Origin: Reclinomonas americana ATCC 50394
Lineage: Eukaryota
Assembly: GCA_048213135.1 (NCBI GenBank)
Contig: PS015130.1
Span: 56,785 to 99,969, forward strand
Length of the DNA stretch: 43,185 bases
Reading direction: 5' to 3'
Made by a program: the position numbers and the translations under genes. Position 1 is the first letter of the stretch; every line of letters begins with the position of its first letter. Under the pieces are notes generated by a model. That model was not told the origin of the DNA. It ran no database searches and saw only the letters and a list, made by a program, of their open reading frames with translations. Shown piece by piece: positions 24,934 through 36,779 of the stretch.

Positions 24934-26551
24934 ATGCGTGTGTGGTGGCATCTGTTGCTGTGTGTGGTCGCCGCCATCTTGCTGCATGTGTGCGCGGTCG
25001 CAGCTGCCAATGGTATGGGGAGTGCGGTGAGTCCACGTTGGGAGAAACCAAACTGCGATAATCATCGTGTGCACGCAGACCGCAACCCCTCCTTCGTCAC
25101 CACGCAAGACAGTGAGGTACGTGTGCGTGCACGTGTGCGTGCGTATGTGTTTGTTTGTGTTGCGTCGTCTTGTACGTGTGAGTCTTCTGTTTGTTCGTGT
25201 TTGCCCCCGGCACGTACTGATCATGAAGTGTGCGACAGCGACGACGCTGCACGTGCCCCGATTACCTGGGGGTGCGGCTAAATGATACCACCATGTGTGG
25301 CCAGCGGTGGTGCCAGGTGGATCCTGACACTGGCCACATCCTTGCGTTTCGGTGCTTCCGGCATCGACAGGCGCGACATGCTTCTTTGATGAATGTGAGT
25401 GCCAATCATTCTGGTGGCGCGTGGCGGCTGGACAAGGTCATACACGCGCAGCAGTTAGTGGACAAGGTGTGTCCACCAGTGGAGCAGGAGATGACCGAGT
25501 GGGTGAGTGAGCGGCTCGTGTTGCGCGCATTTGTATTCTTTCGCACTGATGCATTGCACTGGCACCACTCACGCAAACAGCTAGCGTCGAAGGGTGGTAC
25601 GTACTGTACAGGTTTCAGTTGCTGCTGGTCAACTTTTTGCTGTGATTCATTCTGTTGCTGTGCACGTGCACAGGGTTGCAAGGCGTCGGTCACTTTATCC
25701 TCGAGCCAAAAGTGAAGCCGACGAAAAAGCCGACGCCGCTGCCACCACCCTCGTCTGACGTGCCGATGGTGTCGTGCTTGATGGTGACACGAGGCGGCGC
25801 GCGCCTCCGCTTGGCCATGCGCGCCGTGCACATGTTCATGCGGCAGACACATCCGCGGCGCGAGCTGCTGGTGGTGACGGAGACCGAGAACGTGGCGGAG
25901 CTCGCTGCAGCCCTGGAGGAGCTGGTGGGCGACGCGGTGGAGCAGCAAGCGGCAGGCGTGCGGCTGCTCGGTGTCGAGAGGAATGAGGCGCCGACACTGG
26001 GCGACCTGCGCAACCTGGCGATTCGTGAGGCCGTCGGCGACTACGTGACGCAGTGGGACGACGACGACGTGTACGACCGCGACCGCATCACCGTGCAGCT
26101 CCACTATTTGCGCAAACTGCAGAGCGAACGTTCCGCAAACGCTCGGCCACTGGTCGGTGTCGTGCTTCATCGGGTTATGTTGTACGCCCCGGCCTTGCAT
26201 GTCGATGCTGTGTCGATCACGCATCGTCGAGTGTGGGAGGGCACACTGTTGTGCCTGCGGTCGCACATGACACGCTACTCGTCGGATGCACGCGGCGAAG
26301 ACTCGGCTGCATTGGACAAGCTGCGGGAGGACTATGGCTTGGCGGTGATCGACGCGCCCATCCTCTACATGTACACCTTCCACGGCGACAACACGTGGGA
26401 CGACACGCACTTCCGCTACCACTGGTCAGCCGCATCAGTCAACTTCACTGGCCACTCTGCGGAGTTGCTGCTGGCGCAAGCCAAGGAACGCGCCGGGCTC
26501 GACGATAACTGGGAGATCCCGGCGACGGCATACCGTAATAGACGTAAATAA
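24934..26551 (+). CDS. Signal peptide, Cys-rich domain, GT2 glycosyltransferase; tandem copy 2
   Basis: Same five-exon structure (micro-exon 25581-25596), open reading frame, same motifs. Confidence 0.88.
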
Positions 26552-26690
26552 AGGGGTTGGAAGCAGTGAGTGTGCGTGTGGCGTATGTGGCGACGACGAG
26601 AAAAGACCACAGCGTCTACGTCGCGACTTCGCTGTTAGTCCTGCCTCATCACTCGTTCCCGCCATTCCGTGCGTGTAGCCAAGGTTTCTC

Positions 26691-28239
26691 ATGCTTTTGT
26701 GGTGGCATTTGCTATTGTGCGTGGTCGCCGCCACCGTGTTGCATGCAATCGCAGTCGCAGCTGCCAATGGTACGATGAGAGTGTGCTTTCGAAACCAAAT
26801 TGCAGTGCTCATCATCGTGCACACAGATCGCAATCCCTCTTTTGTTGCAATGCAAGACAATGAGGTGAGAGGAGAGGGAGAGAGTTCGTGTGTCTTGCAT
26901 GTGCATGTGTTTGTTTCGTTTCCAACACGTGCGACAGCGCCGACGCTGTCTGTGCCCCGATTACTCGGGAGCGGTGTTCCTTGATATGACGATGTGTGGC
27001 CGACGATGGTGCCAGGTGGACCCGGAAACTGGCCGCACGCTCGTGTTTCGGTGCACGTACACACAAAACAGCGACACAAACTTCTACCGACGAGGCGTGG
27101 ATCTGACGCACAGCGGTGGCTCGTGGCTGCTGGAAAGAGACGTACACGCACAGCAGCAAGTCAACGAAGCGTGTCCACCAGTCGCGCACGACATGAGCGA
27201 GTGGGTGAGTGGGACTTGTCGCAGCGGTTCTTGCATGTATTTGTGTGCGCTCAGTTTGCCGTCGATGTCACTTGCAGCTGGTGGCAAAGGGTGGTGTGTG
27301 ACTGGATGTCAGTTGCTGTTGATCAACTTCTCTCTGTGATTCACTCTGTTGCTGTGCACAGGGTTGCAGGGCATCGGTCACATTATCCTCGAGCCGAAGG
27401 CGAAGCCGGCAGTGGAGGCGACGCCGCTGCCGCCACTCACTCTTGACGTGCCGATGGTGTCGTGCTTGCTGGTGACGCGAGGCGGTGCGCGTCTCCGCTT
27501 GGCCATGCGCGCCGTGTACATGTTCATGCAGCAGACACATCCGCGGCGTGAGCTGCTGGTGGTGACGGAGACCGAGCATGTCACAGAGCTCGCTGCTGGC
27601 TTGGAGGAGCTGGTGGGCGACGCGACGGAGCAGCAAGCAGCAGGCGTGCGGTTGATTGGCGTGGAGAGGAACGAGGCGCCGACACTCGGCGACCTGCGCA
27701 ACCTGGCGATTCGTGAGGCCGTCGGCGACTACGTGATGCAGTGGGACGACGACGATGTGTACGACCGCGATCGCATCAGCGTGCAGCTTGGTTCGCTGCG
27801 AACGCTGCAGAGCGAACGCCCCGCAGACGCTCGCCCACTGGTCGGTGTCGTGCTTCATCGAATTCTGCTCTACTCCCCCGTCCTTCAAGTCGACGCTGTG
27901 TCAGTCACGAATCGTCGAGTGTGGGAAGGCACGCTGTTGTGCTTGCGGTCGCACATGACGCTGTACTCGTCGGATGCTCGCGGCGAAGACACTGCGGCGT
28001 TGGACAAGCTGCGAGAGAAGTACGATTTGGCGGTGATTGACGCGCCCATCCTCTACTTGTACACCTTCCACGGCAACAATACGTGGAACGACACGCACTT
28101 CCGCTATCATATGCAGGCAGCATCGACCAGTTTCACCGGCCACTCTGCAGAGTTGCTGCTGGCGCAAGCCAAGGAGCGCGCGGGACTCGACGACAACTGG
28201 GAGATCCCAGCGGCAGCATACCGTAATAGACGTCAATAA
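26691..28239 (+). CDS. Signal peptide, Cys-rich domain, GT2 glycosyltransferase; tandem copy 3
   Basis: Same five-exon structure (micro-exon 27278-27293), same motifs. Confidence 0.88.
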
Positions 28240-28326
28240 ATGGTGGCGAGATAGATGATACTCGAATCTTATTTCTCCGACGTTTGCAGTATGTCCGCCG
28301 TCGAGGGACACATAATAATATTGATC

Positions 28327-30010
28327 ATGCGTGTGTTGTGGCAATTGCTGCTGTGTGTGGTCGCCGCCATTGTGCTGCATGCATGCGCAGTCGCGGCTGC
28401 CAACGGTGAGAATGTGGTGCGGTTTTGCGAAACATGCAAACAAACTGATTGCTCATGATCATGATGTGCATGCGCATATGCATGGCATGCGCATGCACGC
28501 AGACCGCAATCCATCCTTCACTACCACGCAAGACAATGAGGTGTGCATGTGTGTGTGTGTGCGCGCGTGCGTAAGTGTGCACTAGTATGTTCTCTCTGTT
28601 CGTGAGTGTGAGTGTGAGTGTGTGGTGTGCTTCGGAGTGGCTTTCGGTTTGCTCTAATGTGTGTCCGTGATGCAACAGCGACGGCGTTGCGTGTGCCCCC
28701 ACGACTCGGGAGTGAAGTCGCTGGATCCCGTGATGTGTGGCCAGCGGTGGTGCCAGGTCGACCCACTCACTGGCCGCACGCTGGTGTTTCGGTGCGCCTA
28801 CGCAGAATATCACAACACACTCTTCTACCGACGAGCCCTGGATGCAACGTACTACGGTGGCCTCGGCGCGTGGCGACTGGACAGAGATATACACGCGCAG
28901 CAGCAAGTCAACGAGGTGTGTCCGCCGGTTGACCATGATATGAGCGAGTGGGTGAGTGGTTGTGTTTTGTCGCAGCGTCACTTGCACGTTGGTTTTCTGT
29001 GTGTTCTCAGTTCGCACTCGGTGTCGCGATCGCTGCTTGCAGCTGGTGGCGAAGGGTGGTATGTGAAGCTTGAAAGCACACACTTTATATCGCTGGTTTC
29101 GGTCTGCCGACTCAGTTGCGCTGCGTGCACAGGGTTGCAGAACATCGGCTATCTCACCGTCGTGCCTACTGCGAAGCCGGCAGTGGAACCGACGCCACAG
29201 CCGCTGCCGTCGTCGACAGTGCCAATGGTGTCGTGCTTGCTGGTGACGCGAGGCGGTGCGCGTCGGAGTATGGCCATGCGCGCCGTGTACATGTTCATGC
29301 AGCAGACACATCCGCGGCGTGAGCTGCTGCTCGTGACGGAGACCGAGCATGTCGCGGAGCTCGCTGCAGCACTGGAGGAGCTTGTGGGCGACGCGGCGGA
29401 GCAGCAAGTAGCAGGCGTGCGGTTGATTGGCGCCGAGAGACACGAGGCGCCGACACTCGGCGACCTGCGCAACCTGGCGATTCGAGAGGCCATCGGCGAC
29501 TACGTGATGCAGTGGGACGATGACGATGTGTACGACCGCGACCGCATCCGCGCGCAGCTCCACATTCTGCGCACTCTGCAGAGCGAACGCCCCGCCGACG
29601 CTCGGCCACTGGTCGGTGTCGTGCTTCGCCGGGTCCTGCTGTACGCCCCGGCTCTGGATGTCCACTCGGTGTCAGTCTCGTATCGTCGAGTGTGGGAGGG
29701 CACACTGTTGTGCCTGCGGTCACACATGACACGCTACTCGTCGGATGCACGCGGCGAAGACACCGCCGCGTTGGTCAAGTTGCAAGAGATGCACGATGTG
29801 GTGATGATAGACGCGCCCATACTCTACTTGTACACCTTCCACGGCAACAACACGTGGAACGACGAGCACTTCCACAAGCACGTGCAGAGTGCGTCGGTCA
29901 CCTTCTCTGGCCACGTTGCAGAGTTGCTGCTGGCGCAAGCCAAGGAACGCGCCGGACTCGACGACAACTGGGAGATCCCAGCTGCAGCATACCGTAATAG
30001 ACGTAAATAA
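28327..30010 (+). CDS. Signal peptide, Cys-rich domain, GT2 glycosyltransferase; tandem copy 4
   Basis: Same five-exon structure (micro-exon 29043-29058), same motifs. Confidence 0.88.
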
Positions 30011-30136
30011 AGGGGTCGCTGCGGATGCAGTGCACGCACGCGTGTGGCGACAAGAAGGAGCGACGGCGGGACTTCCGACGGAGTCCTGCCAAAACATCAC
30101 CCATTCCCGCCATTCAGTGCGCACTTGGTGTTCCCC

Positions 30137-31840
30137 ATGCGTGTGTGGTGGCATTTGCTGCTCTGTGTGGTCGCCGCCATTGTGCTGCATGCATGCGCAG
30201 TCGCGGCTGCCAACGGTGAGTGTGGTTGCGCGCTGCAAACTGAAATCAGATTGATTATGATGCACACATTCTCATATGTTGGCATGCGTGCAGACCACAA
30301 TCCCTCCTTTGTTGCCACGGCAGACATTGAGGTGTGTGTACATAAGTGTGTGTGAGAGAGAGAGATGGTACGCTTCTCTCTGTTGGTGTGACTGTGACGA
30401 GTGTGTGTGTCGTTTTACGTGTTTGTGTGTCAATGCGCGTAGCTGCGCACCCACTGCTGCTGGTTTGCTCTGCGTGCGACAGCGGCGACGTTGTGTGTGC
30501 CCCCACGACTCGAGAGTGGAGTCGCGCGATCCCATGATGTGTGGCCAGCGGTGGTGTCAGGTCGACCCACTCACTGGCCGCACGTTGGTGTTTCGATGCA
30601 CTTATCCGGAGGAACGCGATCTAGAAACACTCTTCTACCGGCGAGGCGATGATCTCACGTTTCTTAGCGGCCGCGGCATATGGCGACTGGATAGAGACAT
30701 ACACGCGCAGCAGCAAGTCAACGAGGTGTGTCCGCCAGTTGACCACGATATGAGTGAGTGGGTGAGTGAGTCTTCTCGCAGCGCATCGTCTCTTGCTGTT
30801 GCGCATGCATGTTGTCTCTCTGCGTACATGTGCTCAGTTTCGTGCTCCCCGTCACTTGCAGCTGGTGGCAAAGGATGGTATGCAACGCTTGAAACACAGG
30901 AACTCAGCGGTGAACTGTTGGCTCACCGGTTTGCACAACCACAGGCCTCGGAGTGCGGGCAGAAAGCGCCGGCATCGGTTTCCTCGTCGTCGAACCTACG
31001 GTGAAGCCGGCAGTGGAGGCGACGCCGCTGCCGCCACCCTCGTCGAACGTCCCGATGGTGTCGTACTTGATGGTAACACGAGGCGGCGCGCGCCTCCGCT
31101 TGGCCATGCGCGCCGTGTACATGTTCATGCAGCAGACACATCCACGGCGTGAGCTGCTGGTGGTGACGGAGACCGAGCATGTTGCGGAGCTCGCTGCTGG
31201 GTTGGAGGAGTTGGTGGGCAACGCGGCGGAGCTGCAAGCGGCAGGCGTGCGGTTGATTGGCGCCGAGAGACACGAGGCGCCGACACTCGGCGACTTGCGC
31301 AACCTGGCGATTCGTGAGGCCGTCGGCGACTACGTGACGCAGTGGGACGACGACGATGTGTACGACCGTGACCGCATCACCGTGCAGCTCCACGTTTTGC
31401 GCACGCTGCAGCGCAGTCGTTCCGCCGACGCTCGCCCACTGGTCGGTGTCGTGCTTCATCGAGTTATGCTGTACGCCCCGGCTCTGGATGTCCACTCGGT
31501 GTCAGTCGCATGTCGCCGAGTGTGGGAAGGCACGCTGCTGAGTCTGCGGTCGCACATGACACGCTACTCGTCGGATGCACGCGGCGAAGACACAGTGGCG
31601 TTGGACAAGCTGCAAGAGAATTACGACTTGGCGGTGATCGATGCGCCCATCCTCTACTTGTACACGTTCCACGGCAACAACACGTGGGACGACGAACACT
31701 TTCAGGAGCTCGTGCAGATGGTGTCAGCGAGCTTCTCTGGCCACGCTGCACAGCTGCTGTTGGCGCAAGCCAAGGAACGCGCGGGACTCGACGACAACTG
31801 GGAGATCCCGGCGACGGCATACCGTAATAGACGTCAATAA
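30137..31840 (+). CDS. Signal peptide, Cys-rich domain, GT2 glycosyltransferase; tandem copy 5
   Basis: Same five-exon structure (micro-exon 30862-30877), same motifs. Confidence 0.88.
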
Positions 31841-31942
31841 ACGGTGACGATGGTGAAGGCTGTGCGCGATCGCTCACATCGTCTTGACAGGCTCAGCGGT
31901 GGGGCAACGTCGGTCGGTCTGCGTCCCACACAACGATTTGCG

Positions 31943-32905
31943 ATGGAGAGCGCGGAGGTCACCCGCGAACGTGCCCGAGCGCGCAACACCGAGTCGTCGC
32001 TGCGTCGTGCCGAGCATTATGCCGCGGTGCGAGCGACGAGTTTTGTGGGAGCTGTCGACGAGAGCGCCCGATTTCATACCGGCGAGTCATTTTCCAACTC
32101 GACCGCCGGGAGCAGAAAGAGAGAGCGTGGTGGTGATGATGATGATGGGGGCAGCGGCAGCGGCGGGGAGGAAGAAGACGACGAGCCTGTGGAGAAGAAG
32201 AAGAGGCGAGTGCAGTCGTCTCGTGAGTTGTACGACGAGCTCGTGTCGAGCAAGAAGAGAGTGGACGAGGAGGAGACGACGGCGATCGCGACAACGACGA
32301 CGACCAGTGTGCAACAGACTTGGCGCTGCGAGGTGTGCAACGTGGAGGTGGCCGCGGAGGCGCGGGCGGGCCACGAGAGGAGCATCCTCCACTTGTTTTC
32401 CGTCAATCAAGGTCTGTCCCCCCAACTCCACACCCTCGCTTGCACTCTCTCAGTTTCTTTCTCACGCGCTGCTTTTCTTCTTCGTGGGAGCACAGATAAG
32501 CCGCCCGCTCGGCACTTTGGCGTGAGCGGCCGTGGATACAGCATGCTGCACCGCATCGGATGGGACGGCGAGGGCGGACTCGGTGCGCGCGAACAGGGGG
32601 TTGTGGAGCCCGTCAAGACTCGCTTCAAGAACGACCGGCTGGGACTCGGACATCGTGCAACGCTGCAACAACCGGCGCGTGTAACACATTTCCGCTCGGC
32701 GCACACGGAGAAGATGGTGCGCCAGGTGTCGCAGGAGCAGGAGGTGGCACAGGGTCGTCGGACGGCGGCCAAGGTGGCCGCCGATGTTGCCGCCGCCAAG
32801 GCTCAGGCTCGCGTGCCGAATAAGCGCGACAGGGAACGCTTGTGGCAGCGAGAGAAAGCGCGTGAGGCGTACCTGCGTGAGCTTCTCTACCACGACTACT
32901 GTTGA
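31943..32905 (+). CDS. G-patch domain protein with CxxC...H...H motif (like the GPANK1 C-terminal region)
   Basis: WRCEVC...HERSILHLFS, then RGYSMLHRIGWDGEGGLGAREQGVVEPV...KNDRLGLG (G-patch). One in-frame GT..AG intron near 32412-32496. An alternative start lies at 31850. Confidence 0.85.
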   Translation: MESAEVTRERARARNTESSLRRAEHYAAVRATSFVGAVDESARFHTGESFSNSTAGSRKRERGGDDDDGGSGSGGEEEDDEPVEKKKRRVQSSRELYDELVSSKKRVDEEETTAIATTTTTSVQQTWRCEVCNVEVAAEARAGHERSILHLFSVNQGLSPQLHTLACTLSVSFSRAAFLLRGSTDKPPARHFGVSGRGYSMLHRIGWDGEGGLGAREQGVVEPVKTRFKNDRLGLGHRATLQQPARVTHFRSAHTEKMVRQVSQEQEVAQGRRTAAKVAADVAAAKAQARVPNKRDRERLWQREKAREAYLRELLYHDYC

Positions 32906-32977
32906 TGGACGGGATTGAGACAGCAAGATTGCATTGCAGATCTGCCGCTGTCGCCGCCACCATCACCACCGCCTCGC

Positions 32978-34846
32978 TCATTTTGCTGCCATGTATGCGG
33001 TGATTCGGGTGTCCCGGGTGAATCGGTATCTCTCGGGAGTCTGCTTGACGATCAGCGGCCCGTGTTCTGCATGTGACACTACATTACACACACACACACA
33101 CACATGTATGTTGAGCAACGCCGATCTCGTGAGACGAGCACGCTTGTAGCGAGACGCAACAGCTGACATCGTAGGGCGTCACGCCGAATATTTTGACCAG
33201 AGCAGTGACGATTGAAGATAATGGTTGATTCTGGCGATGCGGGGCTGATGGGTCAGAACACAGGAGAGAACCAACAGAAATGAATGGCACGACTCACCGC
33301 GCGCATGTGAAACGTGAGCACGTCGGCAGCGGCGGGATCGGCAGGCACATTTGACTGCACCTCCAACGCGACGTGAACTGTGACATCGGCGGAGCCGATG
33401 GGCTCTGGTTGCGGTGCCACGGCGGCGACCGTGGGCGGCGCGCCTGTCGGCTTGCCTCGTACATCCACCAGGTTTTCCACTTCCATGTCCAGCGACTCTG
33501 GCGTCTCGACAGCACCCACAACCGCCCCGTCAAACAGTACTGCAGAACGAGAGTTGAGAAAACGAGCAGGGCAGGAGAGGCCAAGTTTGAATGGCACGCA
33601 CACTTGGCAGAGGCAGGGTCCAAAGCGAGTGCCGCGCACACCGTCGGCAACATGGACACCAATGGTCTTCTCAGTGGGCACTCGAGTTTCACTGGCGCCC
33701 CCGACGAGCCGCGGAACTGCAGCAGGATACGTGGGCCCTCCTGCTGCGCAGCGACCGGCGCCGGCGCCGGGGTTGGTGTCGGCGTCGGTGTCGGTGCCGG
33801 CGTCGGGGCGGGTCGCGGTGCTTGCAATACTTGCGGTGCTGGTGGTGTCGGTGGTGCTGGTGGTGCTGGTGGCGCAGTTCGTATGGGTGCCGGTGGTATC
33901 GCGTGCTTCTGCAGGGGTGTTGGTGCACTGGCACTGGACTCGGGTTTCACAGGCGGTGCTGATTTGGTGGTGGTGGTGGTGGTTGTCGTAGCCGTGATGG
34001 CGCTGACGGGAGGCACACTGCGCCCCGCTGATATTATCATCTGCCGGCTGAAGTTGGTCGACGGCAGCACAGTCAGTGTCAACGGCGTGATCTCCTCCAC
34101 CGGCCCCATTGCACGCTGTTGCTTCATGATGCGCGCGCGTTCCTTCATCACACTAGTCGCCCACTCACCAGTGAGCAAAGCACACTGGGCCAAACAACTC
34201 TCCTTCTCTCTCTCTCTTTCACACGCAACGTCAAGGAACTGGAGGCTGGCGACGGCTGCAATCTGCCCAGTGCAAACTCGAAAAAATGAGACGGCAGCGA
34301 ACCACCCGAGCACCACATCTCTATGCCGCACCTCTTGTTGTACCGAGTCGCATTGTAGTTTGCCTCGGCGACCTCTGCCGACACGAGACGATCGGCCTTC
34401 TCACCATAATCACCACCACCATCATCATCATCATCATTGTCGGCATCGCCCGACGACGACAATCCACTGCTAGTGATCTCTTGCACATCGGGTGTCGTAT
34501 TCAACTGCATGTTGAGTATCGCCTTGCGCTGTCGCTCCTCCTGCACGTAACGTGAGAGCGAGTGTGTGAATGAGCGAGAATGCGTGTATGTGTAGCATCG
34601 CAACTCGCTCACGAGCTGACACGCGCTGCACGGGTGCCATTATGTCACGCGCCAGTGGACTAGCAGCGTCGTCGTCGTCGTCTGTTATGTCCACCACACG
34701 CACTGCATGCAACTTGCGATGTTGGCCACCTCGACAACTTCCGACGTGTTATTGCACTCACCAACGACATGCTGCCGCCCAGAGGGCCTCTTCATGGAGA
34801 ACATGTCCTCCTCCTCCTCTTCCTCTTCTTCGTCGGCGCGAGGCAT
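32978..34846 (-). CDS. Rad60/Esc2/NFATC2IP-like protein with tandem SUMO-like domains
   Basis: Acidic and SIM-like N-terminus (VVDITDDDD), Pro-rich linker, then ILLQFRG...VKLEC...PL...LFDGAVVGAVETPESLDMEVENLVDV (SUMO-like FDG...TP.SLDME), and a second degenerate domain ending QTPERYRF...ITAY. Confidence 0.65.
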
Positions 34847-34918
34847 CGTGTGAAGCGCAAAAGTGAAGCAAACCCCCACCTCTCCAATTGGTCGACTTTC
34901 GTTTGTCACTTTGTTTGC

Positions 34919-36742
34919 ATGTTTTGGCTGAGCATTCTGTGCGCCCTGCTCGTCGCGTGTGGCGTGCTGGCGCTGATCGACCAGTGGACGGTGTGCATTA
35001 TTCACACTCGCACACACGCATGCATCTCCTCACCTGCACACACACACACACACAGCGTCGCAAGTCTGTGGAGAATGCATCGGCGACGGCCTCTGCTTCC
35101 GCAGCCAAGCCCACGCACGATCAAAAGGCGTTCCGTCGCTTCCGGCTGACGTACCTGGTGGCGTTCTTCTTGGCCTTTGGTTCGCTCCCTGTCGCGCGAT
35201 ATGCAGCAGTGAGCTTCCCGCCATTTAATCGCCATATGCATTCGCCAGGTGCCGACTGGCTGCAGGGTCCCTACGTGTATCAGCTGTACTCGGCGTATGG
35301 CTTCTCGCGCGGCACCATTGGTCTGCTCTTTATCGCCGGCTTTGGCTCGAGCTTCCTGTTTGGCACCGTGTTTGGATCGCTGGTCGATGTCTTGTTGCGT
35401 TGTTGCATGTCGACTTCTCCGGCCCACGCTGCGTCGTGGCATTGACACGCTTGGTGGGGCAGCGGGCGACGGGCAGGCGCGTTGCTGTACTGTGCGCTGT
35501 ATGCAGTCGCGTCGTTGACCAAGCACGTCAAGCTGTTCCCGGTGCTGCTGATCGGACGAGTGCTGGCCGGTGTCGCCACCTCGCTCCTCTACAGCGCTTT
35601 CGATTCGTGGATGGTGGCCGAGCACCACCAGCGCAAGTTCTCCACCGAGTCGTTGAGTAGCACGTTTGCGGTCGCCAACATCGGCAACTCGTTGGTGGCC
35701 ATCACCGCGGGCGTCGTCGCGTATTTTGTGCAGGCGTCATTCGGTGTGTCGCCCACCTTCTCTTCCATTCGTCTTGGTGAGCGCGCCCCACTGAGTGTGC
35801 GCGTGCAGGTCTGGTGGCGCCATTCGACGTGGCGGCCGTGCTCCTGGTGTTGTGTGCCGTGGTGGTGGCCATGTACTGGAACGAGAACTACGGGCAGGCC
35901 TCGCACAGCAGTCTCCAGCTCATTCGTCGCGCCCTGGTCTTGTCGCGCGCTGGTACACAAAGCACATACTCCACTTTTTTCCGATCGTCTTTCCCCTCCC
36001 TCTTACGTGTGCGACGAAAAATCACAGATTTCCGCATCTGGTGCCTGGTGGTGGCCGACGGACTCTTCCAGGCCTCCATGTTCACCTTTGTGTTCATGTG
36101 GACACCGGCGCTGGAGGAGTTGGAGCCGGAGATCCCGCATGGTGTCGTCTTCTCGACGTTTATGGTGGCCTGCATGCTCGGCTCCATGATCTTCAAGTTG
36201 CTGCGCTTGCCCGTTGGTCTCGGATTCTCGGCGGTCCTTGCCGTGGCGTGCCTGTGCATGATTGTGTCGACGGTCACCACGGTTTGTGTTGCTCCGAATA
36301 AGTGTGTGCGCGCGCGTTGCTGGACAACTCTGACCCACTGCACGCAGAGTGCCGTCGTCATGTACGCGGCCTTCCTCGGTTTCGAGGTGTGCGTCGGTGC
36401 ATTCTGGCCGTCGGTCGGCGTGTTGCGCAGTCGCCTGTACCCAGACGAGTGCCGCTCGGCGTTTATCAACATCTCCCGTTTGCTCATCAATGGCTTGGTG
36501 GTGTCCCTGCTGTGCAATGTTGCGCGGTGGCCACGAGAATGTCTTTGTTGTTGTCGTTGTTGTCTGCTGACTCGTGTGCTCGTGTCAGATTGGTGCACTG
36601 CAGACGCACGTGGTGTTCCTTCTCGGGAGCGTCTCGCTCGGTGTCTCCCTGGCTGCCTCGCTCGTGCTGCTCGGACGTGGCGACGAGGCCAAAGAGTCGC
36701 ATGCACCACCCGTCAAGGCCAACGACAAGAGCACCAAAGTAG
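34919..36742 (+). CDS. MFS transporter, MFSD5/MOT2 (molybdate-anion transporter) family
   Basis: GADWLQGPYVYQLYSAYGF, LFIAGFGSS, GSLVDVFGRR, GRVLAGVATSLLYSAFDSWMVAEH, APFD, WNENYG, SMFTFVFMWTP, PHGVVFSTFMVACMLGS, FEVCVGAFWP. Seven GT..AG introns. Confidence 0.9.
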
Positions 36743-36779
36743 AATAAACCAGATCTCCCTTCGTACAAACATCGTCGTT

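Larger units (their letters stand above)
23100..31841 (+). repeat. Tandem gene array, five units of about 1.6-1.8 kb
   Basis: Near-identical GT exons. Every unit ends in ...taccgtaatagacgt(c/a)aataaa (24764, 26551, 28239, 30010, 31840). Confidence 0.95.

Noticed and set aside
23750-31877. Long antisense and alternate-frame ORFs recurring in each GT unit (for example 25406-26422, 28325-29665)
   Set aside because: Shadows of GC-rich coding sequence; they recur only because the sense gene is duplicated and show no motifs.
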